DNA from: Candidatus Eiseniibacteriota bacterium
GTDB lineage: Bacteria > Joyebacterota > Joyebacteria > Joyebacterales > Joyebacteraceae
Length of the DNA stretch: 48,730 nt
Assembly: GCA_043819135.1 (NCBI GenBank)
Contig: JBDRFG010000011.1
Location: 1 to 48,730 of the forward strand
Reading direction: 5' to 3'
This document shows, in pieces, positions 1-10,007 of this stretch (its first letter is position 1; each line of letters opens with the position of its first letter). A program made the translations under genes and the position numbers. The notes below the pieces were generated by a model. It was given only the letters and a program-made list of their open reading frames with translations. It did not search any database and was not told the origin of the DNA.

Positions 1-1
1 C

Positions 2-475
2 GAGATCAGAGACCTCGAGACGGTCCGCACGGCGCTGACGATGGCGGAGACCGGGCACCTGGTGCTGACGACGGTGCACACGAGCGAGGCGCCTCAGGCG
101 ATCAGCCGAATAGTCGATATCTTCCCGCCGCACGAGCAGCATGGCGTGAGGACGCAGCTCTCCCTGTCGCTGCAGGCCGTTCTCGTTCAGCAGTTGCTTC
201 CCGACGCCAGCGGAGTTGGCCGTGTTCTGGCCACCGAGCTGATGGTGGCGAACGCGGCGGTCAGGAATCTGATACGCGAGAACAGCCTCCAGCAACTTCG
301 GTCGGCGATCGAGACGGGTTCGAAGGACGGCATGCACAGCATGAACGCCGCGCTCGTCAAACTGGTGTCCGAGGGGAAGTTGACCACGGAGACGGCCGTC
401 GGCGCTTCGAACGACATCAAGGGGATAATGCGCGATCTGGAGAATCTGCCAAGGGGAGGGCGCAGGCGCAGGTAG
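2..475 (+). CDS. pilT: PilT/PilU family type IV pilus ATPase, 5'-partial
   Basis: Frame from base 2 reads EIRDLETVRTALTMAETGHLVLTTVHT...AVRNLIRE...GMHSM. These match the PilT Walker B/His-box region and the AIRNLIRE motif. The gene runs off the window start. Confidence 0.85.
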   Translation, partial: EIRDLETVRTALTMAETGHLVLTTVHTSEAPQAISRIVDIFPPHEQHGVRTQLSLSLQAVLVQQLLPDASGVGRVLATELMVANAAVRNLIRENSLQQLRSAIETGSKDGMHSMNAALVKLVSEGKLTTETAVGASNDIKGIMRDLENLPRGGRRRR

Positions 476-487
476 CGACCCGCCGCG

Positions 488-1468
488 CTAGGGAGTCGGA
501 CTCGGGCCGAACACCGGACGCAGCACCCGCTCCTCGAGAAGCTGCCGGAAGGCGCTGTCGTCGTGACCGAACGCCACACGAACGCCGCGGCTCTGAGTCG
601 CGGCGTTCGCTTGTGCGGGCGCGCGTACCGTGCGGCCCCTGTCCGGCCCGTTCGTGACGACACCGACGTGCAGGTCTCGCGTCTCCAGAATGCCCGGGTC
701 GAGTGCCGCAGCGACGGCCAGCGGGTCGTGCATGTAGCCGCCGTCCAGCCCCGATTCGTTGAACTGGAACTCCATGTAGTGGTCGAGCGCGCGGTGGAGA
801 ACGGCCGCGAGGTCCCTGCCCGGTCGGTCCGCCGGCAGCCCACGCGAGCGCTCGCGCGTCTCGAGCGCGCTCCTCATGAGGACCGCTCCCGTGGTAGCGT
901 CCAGCGGGACCAGCGTGATGTCGAGCCCCGAACTCAGGACGACGTCGGCCGCTTCCGGATCGACGTAGACGTTGAACTCCGCCACGGGGCCGGTGTTTCC
1001 GGGGACGTCGAAGGCACCGCCCATCGCAATGATGCGGGAGTACGATGCCACGGCGTCGGGGTTTGCTCGGAGCGCCAGGGCGACGTTGGTCAGCGGGCCC
1101 GTGGTCACCAGGGTGATCTCATCCGGGCGCTCCAGGGGCAGTCGCGTGAGAAGTTCGTGGGCGGGCTCGTCTGTGGGGTGTGTCGACGGCTCGGGAAGCG
1201 AGCCCGCGCGTCCGCCGAGGCCGTCGGCCCCGTGGACCTCAGACGCCGTAAGCAGGTGCTTCGCGAGGGGCCTGTCTGAACCAGCTGCTACTACGGCACT
1301 GCCGCCCAGGAGCTCGTTGAGAAGCAGGCAGTTGCGGGTGCACAGTTCTACCGGGACGTTCCCGGCCACGGACGTGATGGCCACCACGTCCACATCACGA
1401 GAGCCGAGTGCCAGCGCGATGGCGATGGCGTCGTCGACGCCCGTGTCCATGTCGAGGACCATTCTCAT
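488..1468 (-). CDS. Inosine/uridine-preferring nucleoside hydrolase
   Basis: DMDTGVDDA, GPLTN, AEFNVYVDPEAA and MHDPLA motifs. Start placed at ATG 1468, which overlaps the upstream stop (ATGA). Confidence 0.92.
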   Translation of the reverse strand: MRMVLDMDTGVDDAIAIALALGSRDVDVVAITSVAGNVPVELCTRNCLLLNELLGGSAVVAAGSDRPLAKHLLTASEVHGADGLGGRAGSLPEPSTHPTDEPAHELLTRLPLERPDEITLVTTGPLTNVALALRANPDAVASYSRIIAMGGAFDVPGNTGPVAEFNVYVDPEAADVVLSSGLDITLVPLDATTGAVLMRSALETRERSRGLPADRPGRDLAAVLHRALDHYMEFQFNESGLDGGYMHDPLAVAAALDPGILETRDLHVGVVTNGPDRGRTVRAPAQANAATQSRGVRVAFGHDDSAFRQLLEERVLRPVFGPSPTP

Positions 1469-2316
1469 CGAAGGAACTCCCGCCACGACATCGATGGCTT
1501 AAACCCCAGCAGATCATCGAGCCGCGCAGACGACACGAGACTCTCGAACTCCGCCAGTTCTCCGCGCACGGGGACGTCCGGGAAGTAGCTCTCGATCAGC
1601 CTCGCGGTCGGCAGGGTGGTCCCGTTGTCCGGAGCGGAGACGTAGGCGGCGTGGAAGCCCGGTTCGATATCGAGCGTCACCGCCCGCTCGACCGCCCGTG
1701 CGAGATCGTCCCCGTGCACGTAGGCCCAGAGCCCACCGGACCATTCCTCAGGCGCAACCGTCAACCGGCGCAATTTTTCGTACTCATCGGGGACCCAGAC
1801 CCACGGCGGGCGGAGGCTCACTACCGTGGTGGCGTCCCCCGCGTGTCGCGCCAGGAGCATCTCCGCGGCGAGCTTGCTGCGGCCGTAGGGATCGCTCGGG
1901 GCCAGAAGATGGTCCTCGTCTACCGGCAGGTACTCGGGACCTACCGCTCCGGCCGAGAAGACGAAGCCGAGTACCGATTCGCTCGATATGAAGACGATGC
2001 GTCGAACGCCCGCCCTGTCGGCGGCGAGCGCGATATTCCTCGTGCCCTCAACGTTGACCTCCATGATGTCGTCCTCGGAGCCGAACGTCGGTCCAGGTAT
2101 CGCGGCGGCATGGACGACAGCTTGAGCCCCGTCAATGGAGTGGCTCAGGTGGGCAAGGTCAAGAATGTCCGTGTGTGCGTACTCGACCGCTGAGTGTTCG
2201 CCCCCGGCGGGACCGGGGGCGGAAACGTCGACGTTTATCACGTCGTGTCGTCTAGCCAGGCGACGGACGATGGCGCGGCCCACAAGTCCGCTTCCGCCGG
2301 TGACGGCGATTCTCAT
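1465..2316 (-). CDS. NAD-dependent epimerase/dehydratase (extended SDR)
   Basis: VTGGSGLVG Rossmann motif, HAAAIP, and YGRSK catalytic YxxxK. Confidence 0.9.
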   Translation of the reverse strand: MRIAVTGGSGLVGRAIVRRLARRHDVINVDVSAPGPAGGEHSAVEYAHTDILDLAHLSHSIDGAQAVVHAAAIPGPTFGSEDDIMEVNVEGTRNIALAADRAGVRRIVFISSESVLGFVFSAGAVGPEYLPVDEDHLLAPSDPYGRSKLAAEMLLARHAGDATTVVSLRPPWVWVPDEYEKLRRLTVAPEEWSGGLWAYVHGDDLARAVERAVTLDIEPGFHAAYVSAPDNGTTLPTARLIESYFPDVPVRGELAEFESLVSSARLDDLLGFKPSMSWREFLR

Positions 2317-2334
2317 CTGCGCCTGCCTCCGCTT

Positions 2335-2754
2335 TTACTCCCCGACGAACTGCACGATAATCTCGCGGGTTCTCGGGCGGTCGTCGAAGTCCACCAGCAC
2401 GACCTGCTGCCATGTTCCGAGACACAGCTCCCCTCCCACGAACGGAACGGACAAGCTCGGCCCCAGAAGGGCCGAACGGACGTGGCTATGTCCGTTTCGG
2501 TCTCCCCATTTGAGATGGTGCTTCCAGTCGCGTCCCTTAGGGGCGATCGCTTCGAGGACCTCCTGCAGATCGGCCACCGCGCCGGGTTCGAATTCTATCG
2601 TGGTTATGCCGCCCGTTGACCCTCCCACGAACAGCGTGGCGACGCCGTCCGTGAGGCCGCTCTCTCTCAGTCCGTGCGCGAGCTGTCCCGTGACATCGAC
2701 GGTGTCGCCGTCTCCCGCCGTTCTACATGGGATCGTGTCGGTGAAGACTGCCAA
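2335..2754 (-). CDS. yjbQ: YjbQ/UPF0047 family protein
   Basis: NGHSHVRSALLG and LGTWQQVVLVDFD signatures. Confidence 0.9.
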   Translation of the reverse strand: MAVFTDTIPCRTAGDGDTVDVTGQLAHGLRESGLTDGVATLFVGGSTGGITTIEFEPGAVADLQEVLEAIAPKGRDWKHHLKWGDRNGHSHVRSALLGPSLSVPFVGGELCLGTWQQVVLVDFDDRPRTREIIVQFVGE

Positions 2755-2769
2755 CGGTGCCTCCGCCGA

Positions 2770-4584
2770 CTACTTGTCGAAATCGCAGTAGCGGTCGACC
2801 TGCTTGCTCAATATCGCGAGGCTGGCATCCCAGAAGTCCCTTGACCGGATGTCGATGCCGAACCTGGCCGCCAAGTCCGCCGCCTTGCCCTCGCCCGTGC
2901 TGCGCAGAAGCTCCTTGTAGCGCGGGATGAACGCCTCGCCTTCCTTGAGATATATAGCGTAGACGCCCAGTCCGAACAACAGCCCGAACGCGTAGGGGAA
3001 GTTGTAGAAATTGTAGCCCTCGAGGTAGTAGTGGGGTTTTAGGAGCCACATGTAGGGGTGCAGGTGGTCGGTGTCCAGCCCGTCGGCGTAGGTCTCTCTC
3101 TGCGCGTCGAGCATGAGTTCGCAGAACTCGTCGGCGGACAGCTCGGCGGTCTCCCTTCGCTTCACGATCTCCGATTCGAAGATGAACCGCGAGTAGATGT
3201 CGACGATCACCTGTGACGCGTCCATCAGCTGGTTCTCGAGGATGGCGATCTGCGCCTCCTCCGGAGCCTTGTCCAGGGCCGCGTTGAACACGATGGTCTG
3301 GCAGAAGATGGACGCGGTCTCCGCGAGCGTCATGGGAGAGCCGCGCCGGAGAGAGGGGAGTCCCTTCTGGCAATGGTTGTGGAAGCCGTGACCGAGTTCG
3401 TGCGCCAGGGTGCCCAGCTGGTCGAAGCTGCCGTCGAAGTTGGCGAGGATGCGGGACTCGTCCACCGAGCGAACCCCCATGCAGAACGCGCCGCCGCGCT
3501 TTCCGTCACGCGGCTCGGCGTCGATCCAGTTGTGGTCGAACGCGTACCGGGCGTAGTCGGCGAGCTCGTCGCTGAACGTGCCGAACTGCTCGACGACGTA
3601 GTCGCTGGCGTCGTCCCACGTGTACTCGAGCTCGGCGTGCCCGACCGGAGCGGAGAGATCCCACCAGGGGAGCCTCTTCTTCCCGAGCTTCTTCGCCTTG
3701 CTTCTGAAGTATCTGCGGAACATCGGGAAGCTGTCCTTCATCGAGCCCAGCAGCGCGTCGAGCGTCACCTGGTCCATCTTGTTGCGTTCCAGAGACGCAT
3801 GCAGCACGCCGTCGAAGCCACGCCGCTTCGAGAGCGTGATCGCGGTTCCCTTGACACCGTTCAAAGCGAAGGCCACCGGTTCGCGGACCGATTCCCAGGC
3901 CTTGAGTTCGATGTCGTACGCTCGCTTCCTCACGTTCTCGTCGGGGTCGTTGGCCAGGTTCCTCACCATGGTCATGGGGAGCATCTCGGTCTTCCCGTCC
4001 CGTTCGAACGGGGCCTTGAGCTGGCTAGTCACGGTCCCCTGCAGCTTGTGCATCACGCCGCCGCCCGACAGCAGCAGCTCGGAGGCCAGGTCCTCGAGGG
4101 CCGTGTCCATGCGGAAGCGGCTCTCGTCGACGATGTCCTTGAGGGCGAGCTTGTGCTCGCAGGCGACGGGGGCACGCTCACACGCAACGTCGAGCACGCC
4201 CGCCAGTGAGCCGACCCAGGCCTCGAAGCGCACGTAGATGCGGTCCACGCGGACGCTCGTCTGCTCGAGCTTGCTCGCCCGCCGCGCCGCCACCTGGTTG
4301 TAGGAATCCGTGGTAACGAAGCTCTGGACGTACGCGCGGAGGGTGCCGTAGTGCATCAGCATGTCGTTCAGATGCGTGATGAAGTCGTCCAGTATCGCCG
4401 CGGTCGCGTCGATGTCTGACGGGGTCTCGTCGAGCCGCCCTATGCCGTGCCGCTCGACCAGACCCTCCAGCTTCTCCAGTTGACCGTCGAGTTTGACCAC
4501 GCCGGCCTCGAAATCCTCGGTCTCCAGTCCCTTGTAGACGTTCGACAGGTCCCAATGGGGGAGTGTTGCTTGCTTATCGGACAT
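2770..4584 (-). CDS. pepF: Oligoendopeptidase F (peptidase M3B)
   Basis: PHWDLS N-terminus, GKRGGAFC, HELGHGFH zinc motif, LAETAS, FYNFPYAFG. ATG 4584 follows GGAGG; the longer ORF-track start at 5397 is not used. Confidence 0.93.
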   Translation of the reverse strand: MSDKQATLPHWDLSNVYKGLETEDFEAGVVKLDGQLEKLEGLVERHGIGRLDETPSDIDATAAILDDFITHLNDMLMHYGTLRAYVQSFVTTDSYNQVAARRASKLEQTSVRVDRIYVRFEAWVGSLAGVLDVACERAPVACEHKLALKDIVDESRFRMDTALEDLASELLLSGGGVMHKLQGTVTSQLKAPFERDGKTEMLPMTMVRNLANDPDENVRKRAYDIELKAWESVREPVAFALNGVKGTAITLSKRRGFDGVLHASLERNKMDQVTLDALLGSMKDSFPMFRRYFRSKAKKLGKKRLPWWDLSAPVGHAELEYTWDDASDYVVEQFGTFSDELADYARYAFDHNWIDAEPRDGKRGGAFCMGVRSVDESRILANFDGSFDQLGTLAHELGHGFHNHCQKGLPSLRRGSPMTLAETASIFCQTIVFNAALDKAPEEAQIAILENQLMDASQVIVDIYSRFIFESEIVKRRETAELSADEFCELMLDAQRETYADGLDTDHLHPYMWLLKPHYYLEGYNFYNFPYAFGLLFGLGVYAIYLKEGEAFIPRYKELLRSTGEGKAADLAARFGIDIRSRDFWDASLAILSKQVDRYCDFDK

Positions 4585-4619
4585 TCTGTTCCTCCTGGTT
4601 GGATTGCCGTGTAAGCCGC

Positions 4620-4648
4620 ATTGTAGCATGCTCAGGTGGCGCCGTGAA
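4620..4648 (-). promoter_or_regulatory. Putative sigma-70 promoter for pepF
   Basis: Minus strand TTCACG-17 nt-TACAAT with extended -10 TG. Confidence 0.5.
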
Positions 4649-4800
4649 ACATGGTATGGCGGCTGGTAGTCCCTTTGAATGTGGGGTATCGTACGCAGGT
4701 CGAGGATGTCAGGTAGGAGGACGGGAGACGCGGACGCGCTTCCGGGCGACGGTGTGATGTCGTCGTGCTGGTGCGCTCGAAATCGAGGAGGGTGGCCGGA

Positions 4801-5796
4801 ATGAGAACAACGGTCTTTGTGTATGCTGTGCTCGTTGCACTGCTCGTCTGCCAGCCGGTGGCTGCCCGGATGATAGACAAGGACTACCACGAGACCTTCG
4901 AGGCGAAGGAGGGCATCAAGCTCATCCTGCTTCACGGCGATGGGGACGTCGTGATCGCGCCGTGGGACCAGGACGTCATTGACGTGAAGGTCCGCTACCA
5001 TGCGGAGGTCACGTCCGTGGGGTTTGGAGCGGAGGTCGACTTCAAGGCCGAGTTCGAGCAGGTGGGCGACACCGTGATAGTGAAAGGGAACGAAGGCGGT
5101 TCCGCCGGTATCTTCTTCATGCGGTCCACTAAGGAGTACGAGTACACCTACACCGTCTCGGCTCCGAGCTACGTGATCCTCGAGCTTCGCGGCGACGACG
5201 GCGACGTCAAGGTGTCGGGCTGGCGCGCCGGGATCGACTGCGAGCTGGATGACGGTGACGTGAGCATGGACGACGTGGTCGGCGGTATCGAGATCGACGT
5301 CGACGACGGCGACGTCAAGCTGACCGGTCTGGTGGGCGAGTTGGCCGTCAGGGGCGACGATGGCGACGTGACGGTTTCGAAGAGCACGCTCAAGCACGCC
5401 CTCTTCTCATTGGAGGACGGCAGCATCGACGTGATGGACTCAGCCGGACAATTCGAGGTCACGGTCGACGACGGCGATGTCGACTTCAGGCGCGTCACCG
5501 CCGGGATCGTGGACGTACGCGGTAACGACGGAGACGTCGACCTGGACCTCAAGGTCGACGCCGAGACTCATATCAATGTCGCGACGGACGACGGCGACGT
5601 GACGATGAGGCTCGTCGGAGAGTTGTCGTTCGACTATCTGGTCACGATGGACGATGGCGACGTCGACATTCATCTGGACGGCGTCACCGACACGGAGACG
5701 GACGATCACCGGGTGTCAGGAACCGTTGGAGGTGGGGCGGGGCACGTGAGGGTCAGGACGTCGGACGGGGCCGTGACGATTGTGAGCGGCGCCTAG
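4801..5796 (+). CDS. Secreted DUF4097-like beta-strand repeat protein
   Basis: Signal peptide MRTTVFVYAVLVALLVCQPVAA, many DDGDV repeats, C-terminal VRVRTSDGAVTI, and GAGGAG RBS. Confidence 0.8.
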   Translation: MRTTVFVYAVLVALLVCQPVAARMIDKDYHETFEAKEGIKLILLHGDGDVVIAPWDQDVIDVKVRYHAEVTSVGFGAEVDFKAEFEQVGDTVIVKGNEGGSAGIFFMRSTKEYEYTYTVSAPSYVILELRGDDGDVKVSGWRAGIDCELDDGDVSMDDVVGGIEIDVDDGDVKLTGLVGELAVRGDDGDVTVSKSTLKHALFSLEDGSIDVMDSAGQFEVTVDDGDVDFRRVTAGIVDVRGNDGDVDLDLKVDAETHINVATDDGDVTMRLVGELSFDYLVTMDDGDVDIHLDGVTDTETDDHRVSGTVGGGAGHVRVRTSDGAVTIVSGA

Positions 5797-6296
5797 TCAG
5801 TCCTGCGGAATCTGATGACGATCCTCAGCGCCAGCCACAGGGTCGCGCCGACGAACGCGACCAGCACATACCAGAAGTCACCGGAGAGCCTGGGCGGAGC
5901 GTCGCCCAGGTTCTCTTTGAATATGAGCTGCGCGATCGCGATGAGGAACGCGAGTGTGAGAGCCTCCAACCAGACGATTTGTGTCGACAGGAACTCAACC
6001 GTTCCCTCGCGTCTCTCTGGAGAGAGCCAGTACTCCCTGTGCGGGATATTAACAAGGGCCACGGGGATCCTGCCGAGGGCGAACGCGAGCGCCACGCCTA
6101 GGAGCACGACGAACGCCTCGGTGGCGCCGTAGATCAGCATGAACTCCGTCTTGTCGCTCCAGCCGTTTGGCTCGCCGGACGCCCCGAAATGGACAGCAAG
6201 TGAGTCCGGCAGCAGCGGATGGTAGTGGAGCATCTGAGCGGCCGCGAGAGCTGCGAGCAGCAGAAGCACGGTGATCGGAGCTCTGTTCAGTTTCAT
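5793..6296 (-). CDS. DUF1648 family membrane protein
   Basis: LPDSLAVHFGASGEPNGW motif, about four hydrophobic segments, and GGAGG before ATG 6296. Confidence 0.8.
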   Translation of the reverse strand: MKLNRAPITVLLLLAALAAAQMLHYHPLLPDSLAVHFGASGEPNGWSDKTEFMLIYGATEAFVVLLGVALAFALGRIPVALVNIPHREYWLSPERREGTVEFLSTQIVWLEALTLAFLIAIAQLIFKENLGDAPPRLSGDFWYVLVAFVGATLWLALRIVIRFRRTD

Positions 6297-6340
6297 CGAT
6301 AGTCCTCCCGGCAGAAAGCTTCTTCCTGCGTGGCCCGATC

Positions 6341-6898
6341 TCACGCTTCCGACGGGCGCCACTCGGTCTCCAGGATGGAGTAGAGGCGCGAGCTGCGCCA
6401 CTGCCCCCTCAGCCACGTGTCGTCTCTCATGGTGCCTTCCAACGCCATTCCGACCTTCTTGAGTACGTGAGCGGAGCGGGTGTTCGCGGAGTCGCACGTC
6501 GCCCAGATCCGGTGGACGCCTATCCGCTCAAACCCGAACCCGAGCAGTCCCATCGCGGCCTCCGTCCCGATCCCCTGTCCCCACGCGTCTCTACGCAGGC
6601 AGTATCCCATGTTGGCGGAACGGGTGTTCCCGTCGTCGTAACGTATGCCACCGCCACCGACGAGGCGTTCGCCCTCGCGAAGCGTGATCGCAAGATCGAA
6701 GTGCAGCCTTGGGTCCTCGAGTCTCGAGACGAAGGCTCGCTCGATGAAGGCCCTTGTCTCGTCCTCGCTGTTCGGCCCCCAGGGCATGTAGCGATAGACC
6801 TCCGCGTCCACTGCGTACTCGTGCACGCTTTCCCAGTCGTCCCGCCGGAACTCCCTTAGCACAAGTCGCCCGGTCTCTATTGCCACGTCGCCCGCCAT
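6341..6898 (-). CDS. GNAT N-acetyltransferase, RimJ/RimL type
   Basis: IETGRLVLREF, WGQGIGTEA and NTRSAHVLKKVGM motifs. Confidence 0.88.
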   Translation of the reverse strand: MAGDVAIETGRLVLREFRRDDWESVHEYAVDAEVYRYMPWGPNSEDETRAFIERAFVSRLEDPRLHFDLAITLREGERLVGGGGIRYDDGNTRSANMGYCLRRDAWGQGIGTEAAMGLLGFGFERIGVHRIWATCDSANTRSAHVLKKVGMALEGTMRDDTWLRGQWRSSRLYSILETEWRPSEA

Positions 6899-7200
6899 CT
6901 CACGCTCTCCTGGCCGTCCCATGTTCCGCGCGCGTGCGGATCCCGCCGGTCCCACTTCTCGCCGCTGACGTCGTCACCGCCGTAGAGCATCTGGGCAAAC
7001 GTCACGCCCCTGAAGTGCGCCACGGCGAAGAACGCGGCCGCCTCCATCTCCACCGTTATGCATCCCGCCAACCAACGAAGCGCGACCTTCGCACGCAACG
7101 AACTTCCTGCAGCCGTGATGCCGGGCTGATAGACCGCGACCTCCTGGCCATCGACCTTCACCACGTAGAGCGGGTGCCGGCCCATCTCGGCTTTCACGGG
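6877..7200 (-). pseudogene. Nucleoside phosphorylase (PNP_UDP_1) remnant, truncated and internally deleted
   Basis: Retains EMGRHPLY...VAVYQPG and GCITVEMEAAAFFAVAHFRGVTFAQMLYGGDDVSG, but only about 100 aa. The N-terminus and central core are missing. Confidence 0.65.
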
Positions 7201-7207
7201 GATCCCG

Positions 7208-8842
7208 TCAATCCGCGGTGAGTGTGCGCTTGAGCAGGAGTATCGTGATGTCATCCGTAGGGCTCGCGTCGCCTACGAACCGGTCGAGGTCGGCCCTTAC
7301 CGACGCCACGATCTCCTCGGCGGACCTGCCGAGGTCACGGCAGAGAACCTCGCGCAGACGGTCCTCCTCGTAGAACTCGCCGTCAGAATTCTGCGCCTCC
7401 GGGATGCCGTCGCTGAAGAGGAAGAGCATTCCGCCGGGCTCGATGGTCAGTTGTCCCGACGCGAAGGGGGCGGCCTCGAGCATTCCGATGGGCGTCCCCG
7501 TGGCGGCGACCTCCTTGATCTCACAGTCGGGCGTGAGCAGGTAGGGAGGGTTGTGTCCCGCGTTGACGTACTCGACGTTGCCGGTCGGCGGATCGAGAAC
7601 CCCGATGAAGAGCGTCGCGTAGCGGATCGCGTCGGTAGATACGAAGATCTGTCGATTGAGGCGTGTGGCGAGCTGCGCGAGGTCCCTGGAATCCTCTATC
7701 AGAACCGAGACGATGGGCATGATGTTGGAAACAAGAAGCGCCGCGCCGAGTCCTTTGCCGGCGACGTCACCGGCGAAGAAAAGCACACGCCCGTCCTCCA
7801 GGCACTTGACATCGTACAGGTCTCCTCCGACCTCGAGGCAGGGTTCGTGGTACGTGCCCATCTCGTAGCCCAGCGCGCAGCCGAGATTGGTGGGGAGAAT
7901 GTAAGCGAGGATGTCCTTGGCCGATTGCACCTCTCTCGCGAGGCGACGGCCCTCCTCCTCGGCCTCGGCGAGCCGCGCGTGCGTGATCTTCACACCGATG
8001 AGGTTCGCGAGAGCCGTGAAGGTGCGAAGCTCGTCGCGGTTGTACCAGAACGCCGGGTCGGTCGTGTCGGCGTATAGGATACCGATGACGTTCTCGTTGT
8101 CGAAGAGCGGGGCCGCCATCGCGGAGCGGATGCCCTGTGAAACAACGCTCTGCTGCTGCTGGAATCGCGGGTCCTGCTGCGCGTCACTGGTCAGAAGGCC
8201 CGATCGCTGCTCGAGGACCTTCCGAACCATGGTGCGGCTCAACACCAACTCACCCTCCTCAACACCCGGCTTGTGCCTGGACGCTTTGATGATCGGTTCC
8301 CCCTTGCCTTCTTCCATCAGGAGGAGCACGGCCTTGTCGCAGGCCGCGAGTTTCTCGACGAGATCGAGGATAACCTCGTAGAGCTCTTCGAGAGGACGCT
8401 GGGTGGCCAGGAGCTCGCCGGCTTCAGCGAGTATCCGGAAGAGGTTGGTGCGCTCGTCCCTGCGGCCGTCCTGGCCGAATATCTCATCGAGCGTAACGGA
8501 CGAACTCTCTATCGAACTGCCGTTCTGGGAGAACATCGTCTCCGCCGGCGGCACGCTCTCTACGAGCTTGAGCTCGACGTCCGCGAAGGCCAGCACGTCG
8601 CCCAGCTCGAGCTCGCGCGGCTTGGACACTGGCGCGCCGTTGACGAACGTGCCGTTGCTACTCTCGAGGTCAGTAAGAGTAACCCTGCCGGCCTCGAGCA
8701 CGATCCTCGCGTGGCTGCGGGAGACGGAGGAGTCGGGTAGCCTGACGTGACTGGTGGCCGCCCTGCCGACTATCTGCTCGCCGTCCCTCAGGAAATGGCA
8801 GGCGGAGCGCCCCTTTATCTTGCCAACGAGTGCGAAGGCCAT
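7208..8842 (-). CDS. FHA + GAF + SpoIIE/PP2C phosphatase
   Basis: FHA (VGR...SVSRSHA...SSNGTFVNG), GAF (IRSAMAAPL...GILYAD) and PP2C (VGGDLYD, GDVAGKG, NAGHNPP, SDGIPEA, DDITIL). Confidence 0.9.
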   Translation of the reverse strand: MAFALVGKIKGRSACHFLRDGEQIVGRAATSHVRLPDSSVSRSHARIVLEAGRVTLTDLESSNGTFVNGAPVSKPRELELGDVLAFADVELKLVESVPPAETMFSQNGSSIESSSVTLDEIFGQDGRRDERTNLFRILAEAGELLATQRPLEELYEVILDLVEKLAACDKAVLLLMEEGKGEPIIKASRHKPGVEEGELVLSRTMVRKVLEQRSGLLTSDAQQDPRFQQQQSVVSQGIRSAMAAPLFDNENVIGILYADTTDPAFWYNRDELRTFTALANLIGVKITHARLAEAEEEGRRLAREVQSAKDILAYILPTNLGCALGYEMGTYHEPCLEVGGDLYDVKCLEDGRVLFFAGDVAGKGLGAALLVSNIMPIVSVLIEDSRDLAQLATRLNRQIFVSTDAIRYATLFIGVLDPPTGNVEYVNAGHNPPYLLTPDCEIKEVAATGTPIGMLEAAPFASGQLTIEPGGMLFLFSDGIPEAQNSDGEFYEEDRLREVLCRDLGRSAEEIVASVRADLDRFVGDASPTDDITILLLKRTLTAD

Positions 8843-9057
8843 GTTGCGGTCCTTGGATAGCGTCCAGGTCTCACGGGCCGACAGCGGCATCGTCCGAACC
8901 GGCGACTCAGGGAGCAGCCCACCCCGATCGTGAAGATGCCTCAGTGCCCGACACTAGCAGACCGTCTGGGGCGTTTCAATGGGGTTCGCGGGGCCACCCC
9001 TATGGAAAGGGGGCTTGGCGTGTGCTTAAATCGTCAGGGAAGAAGGGAGGTTCGCGC

Positions 9058-9528
9058 GTGCTCAACCTCGACGGATTGCCCGGGGGGAAGATAGTCGTTG
9101 TCGGCATAGGCAACACGCTGCGAGCGGACGACGGCGCGGGGTCGCTCGTGGCCGAGAGACTCATGGCGCGGCATCCGGACGCGGTCTTCGATGCCGCCCA
9201 GGCGCCCGAGAACTACTTGGCGCCCATTCGGCGTGCCGCCCCGGACGTGGTGGTACTTGTCGATGCGGCCGACTTCCGTGGGAGCCCGGGTGAGGTGCGA
9301 ACCGCGACGACGGAGGACGTGGAGGGGTTGATGATGGGCACACACGCCGCGCCCCTGTCGATGTTCATGAGAATCGTCAAAGAGGACACCGGCGCGGACG
9401 TGATACTGCTGGCCGTTCAGGTGGTGACCACGGAGCTGGGGGAGGACCTGAGCGACGAGGTGGCCGGGGCCGTCGACGGCCTCGTCTCGCGACTCAACGA
9501 CATACTGGAAGAGAGGATAGGTGCATGA
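9058..9528 (+). CDS. Hydrogenase maturation protease (HycI-like, peptidase A31)
   Basis: VVGIGNTLRADDGAG, PEN, VDAA and THAAPL motifs. GTG start after GGGAGG. Confidence 0.85.
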   Translation: MLNLDGLPGGKIVVVGIGNTLRADDGAGSLVAERLMARHPDAVFDAAQAPENYLAPIRRAAPDVVVLVDAADFRGSPGEVRTATTEDVEGLMMGTHAAPLSMFMRIVKEDTGADVILLAVQVVTTELGEDLSDEVAGAVDGLVSRLNDILEERIGA

Positions 9529-10007
9529 TCCGAGGAACGCGCGTCGTCCTGGCGACGGCTCTGCTGACGTGTCTGTTCGCAATCACCTCGTGCTCGGAGA
9601 TAGAAGAACCCATCGTGACGATGACCGGGGTGAACCTCAGGGGTGCGTCGCTCGAAGGTATCGTGCTCGAGCTCCTGCTGGAGGTCGAGAACCCGAACGG
9701 CTTCGGGGCGAACATCGGTGAGCTTGAATATTCGGTTATGCTCGATAATATCAAGGTGGGCAAGGGCGAGCAGAGCGACCCCATCGCCGTGCCGGCCGAC
9801 GGCACCGTTGAGGTTGCCATCCCCTTCACCATAGTGTGGTCCGGTGTGGACAAGGGCCTGAAGAAGCTGCTCGACGGCGAAGAGCACGAGTGGCGTCTCA
9901 AGGGAAGCGTCCGGCTCAGCAAGGGGGCGATGTCCAGGTTCTTCCGCTTCTCGGAAGTGGGGACGTTCGACGCCCCGAAGGCGAGCGACATCACGATAGA
10001 TTTCTAG
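9525..10007 (+). CDS. LEA type 2 (WHy domain) lipoprotein
   Basis: Lipobox-like AITSC, and LEVENPNGF (NPN motif) followed by LEYSV. Confidence 0.8.
   Translation: MIRGTRVVLATALLTCLFAITSCSEIEEPIVTMTGVNLRGASLEGIVLELLLEVENPNGFGANIGELEYSVMLDNIKVGKGEQSDPIAVPADGTVEVAIPFTIVWSGVDKGLKKLLDGEEHEWRLKGSVRLSKGAMSRFFRFSEVGTFDAPKASDITIDF

Noticed and set aside
4585..5397. 270-aa N-terminal extension of pepF in the ORF track
   Set aside because: It is the antisense of the DUF4097 gene. The RBS, promoter and family N-terminus all point to ATG 4584.
5185..5680. Recurring gacgacggcgacgt units that look like an array
   Set aside because: These are coding DDGDV repeats of a DUF4097-type beta-solenoid, not CRISPR or a DNA element.
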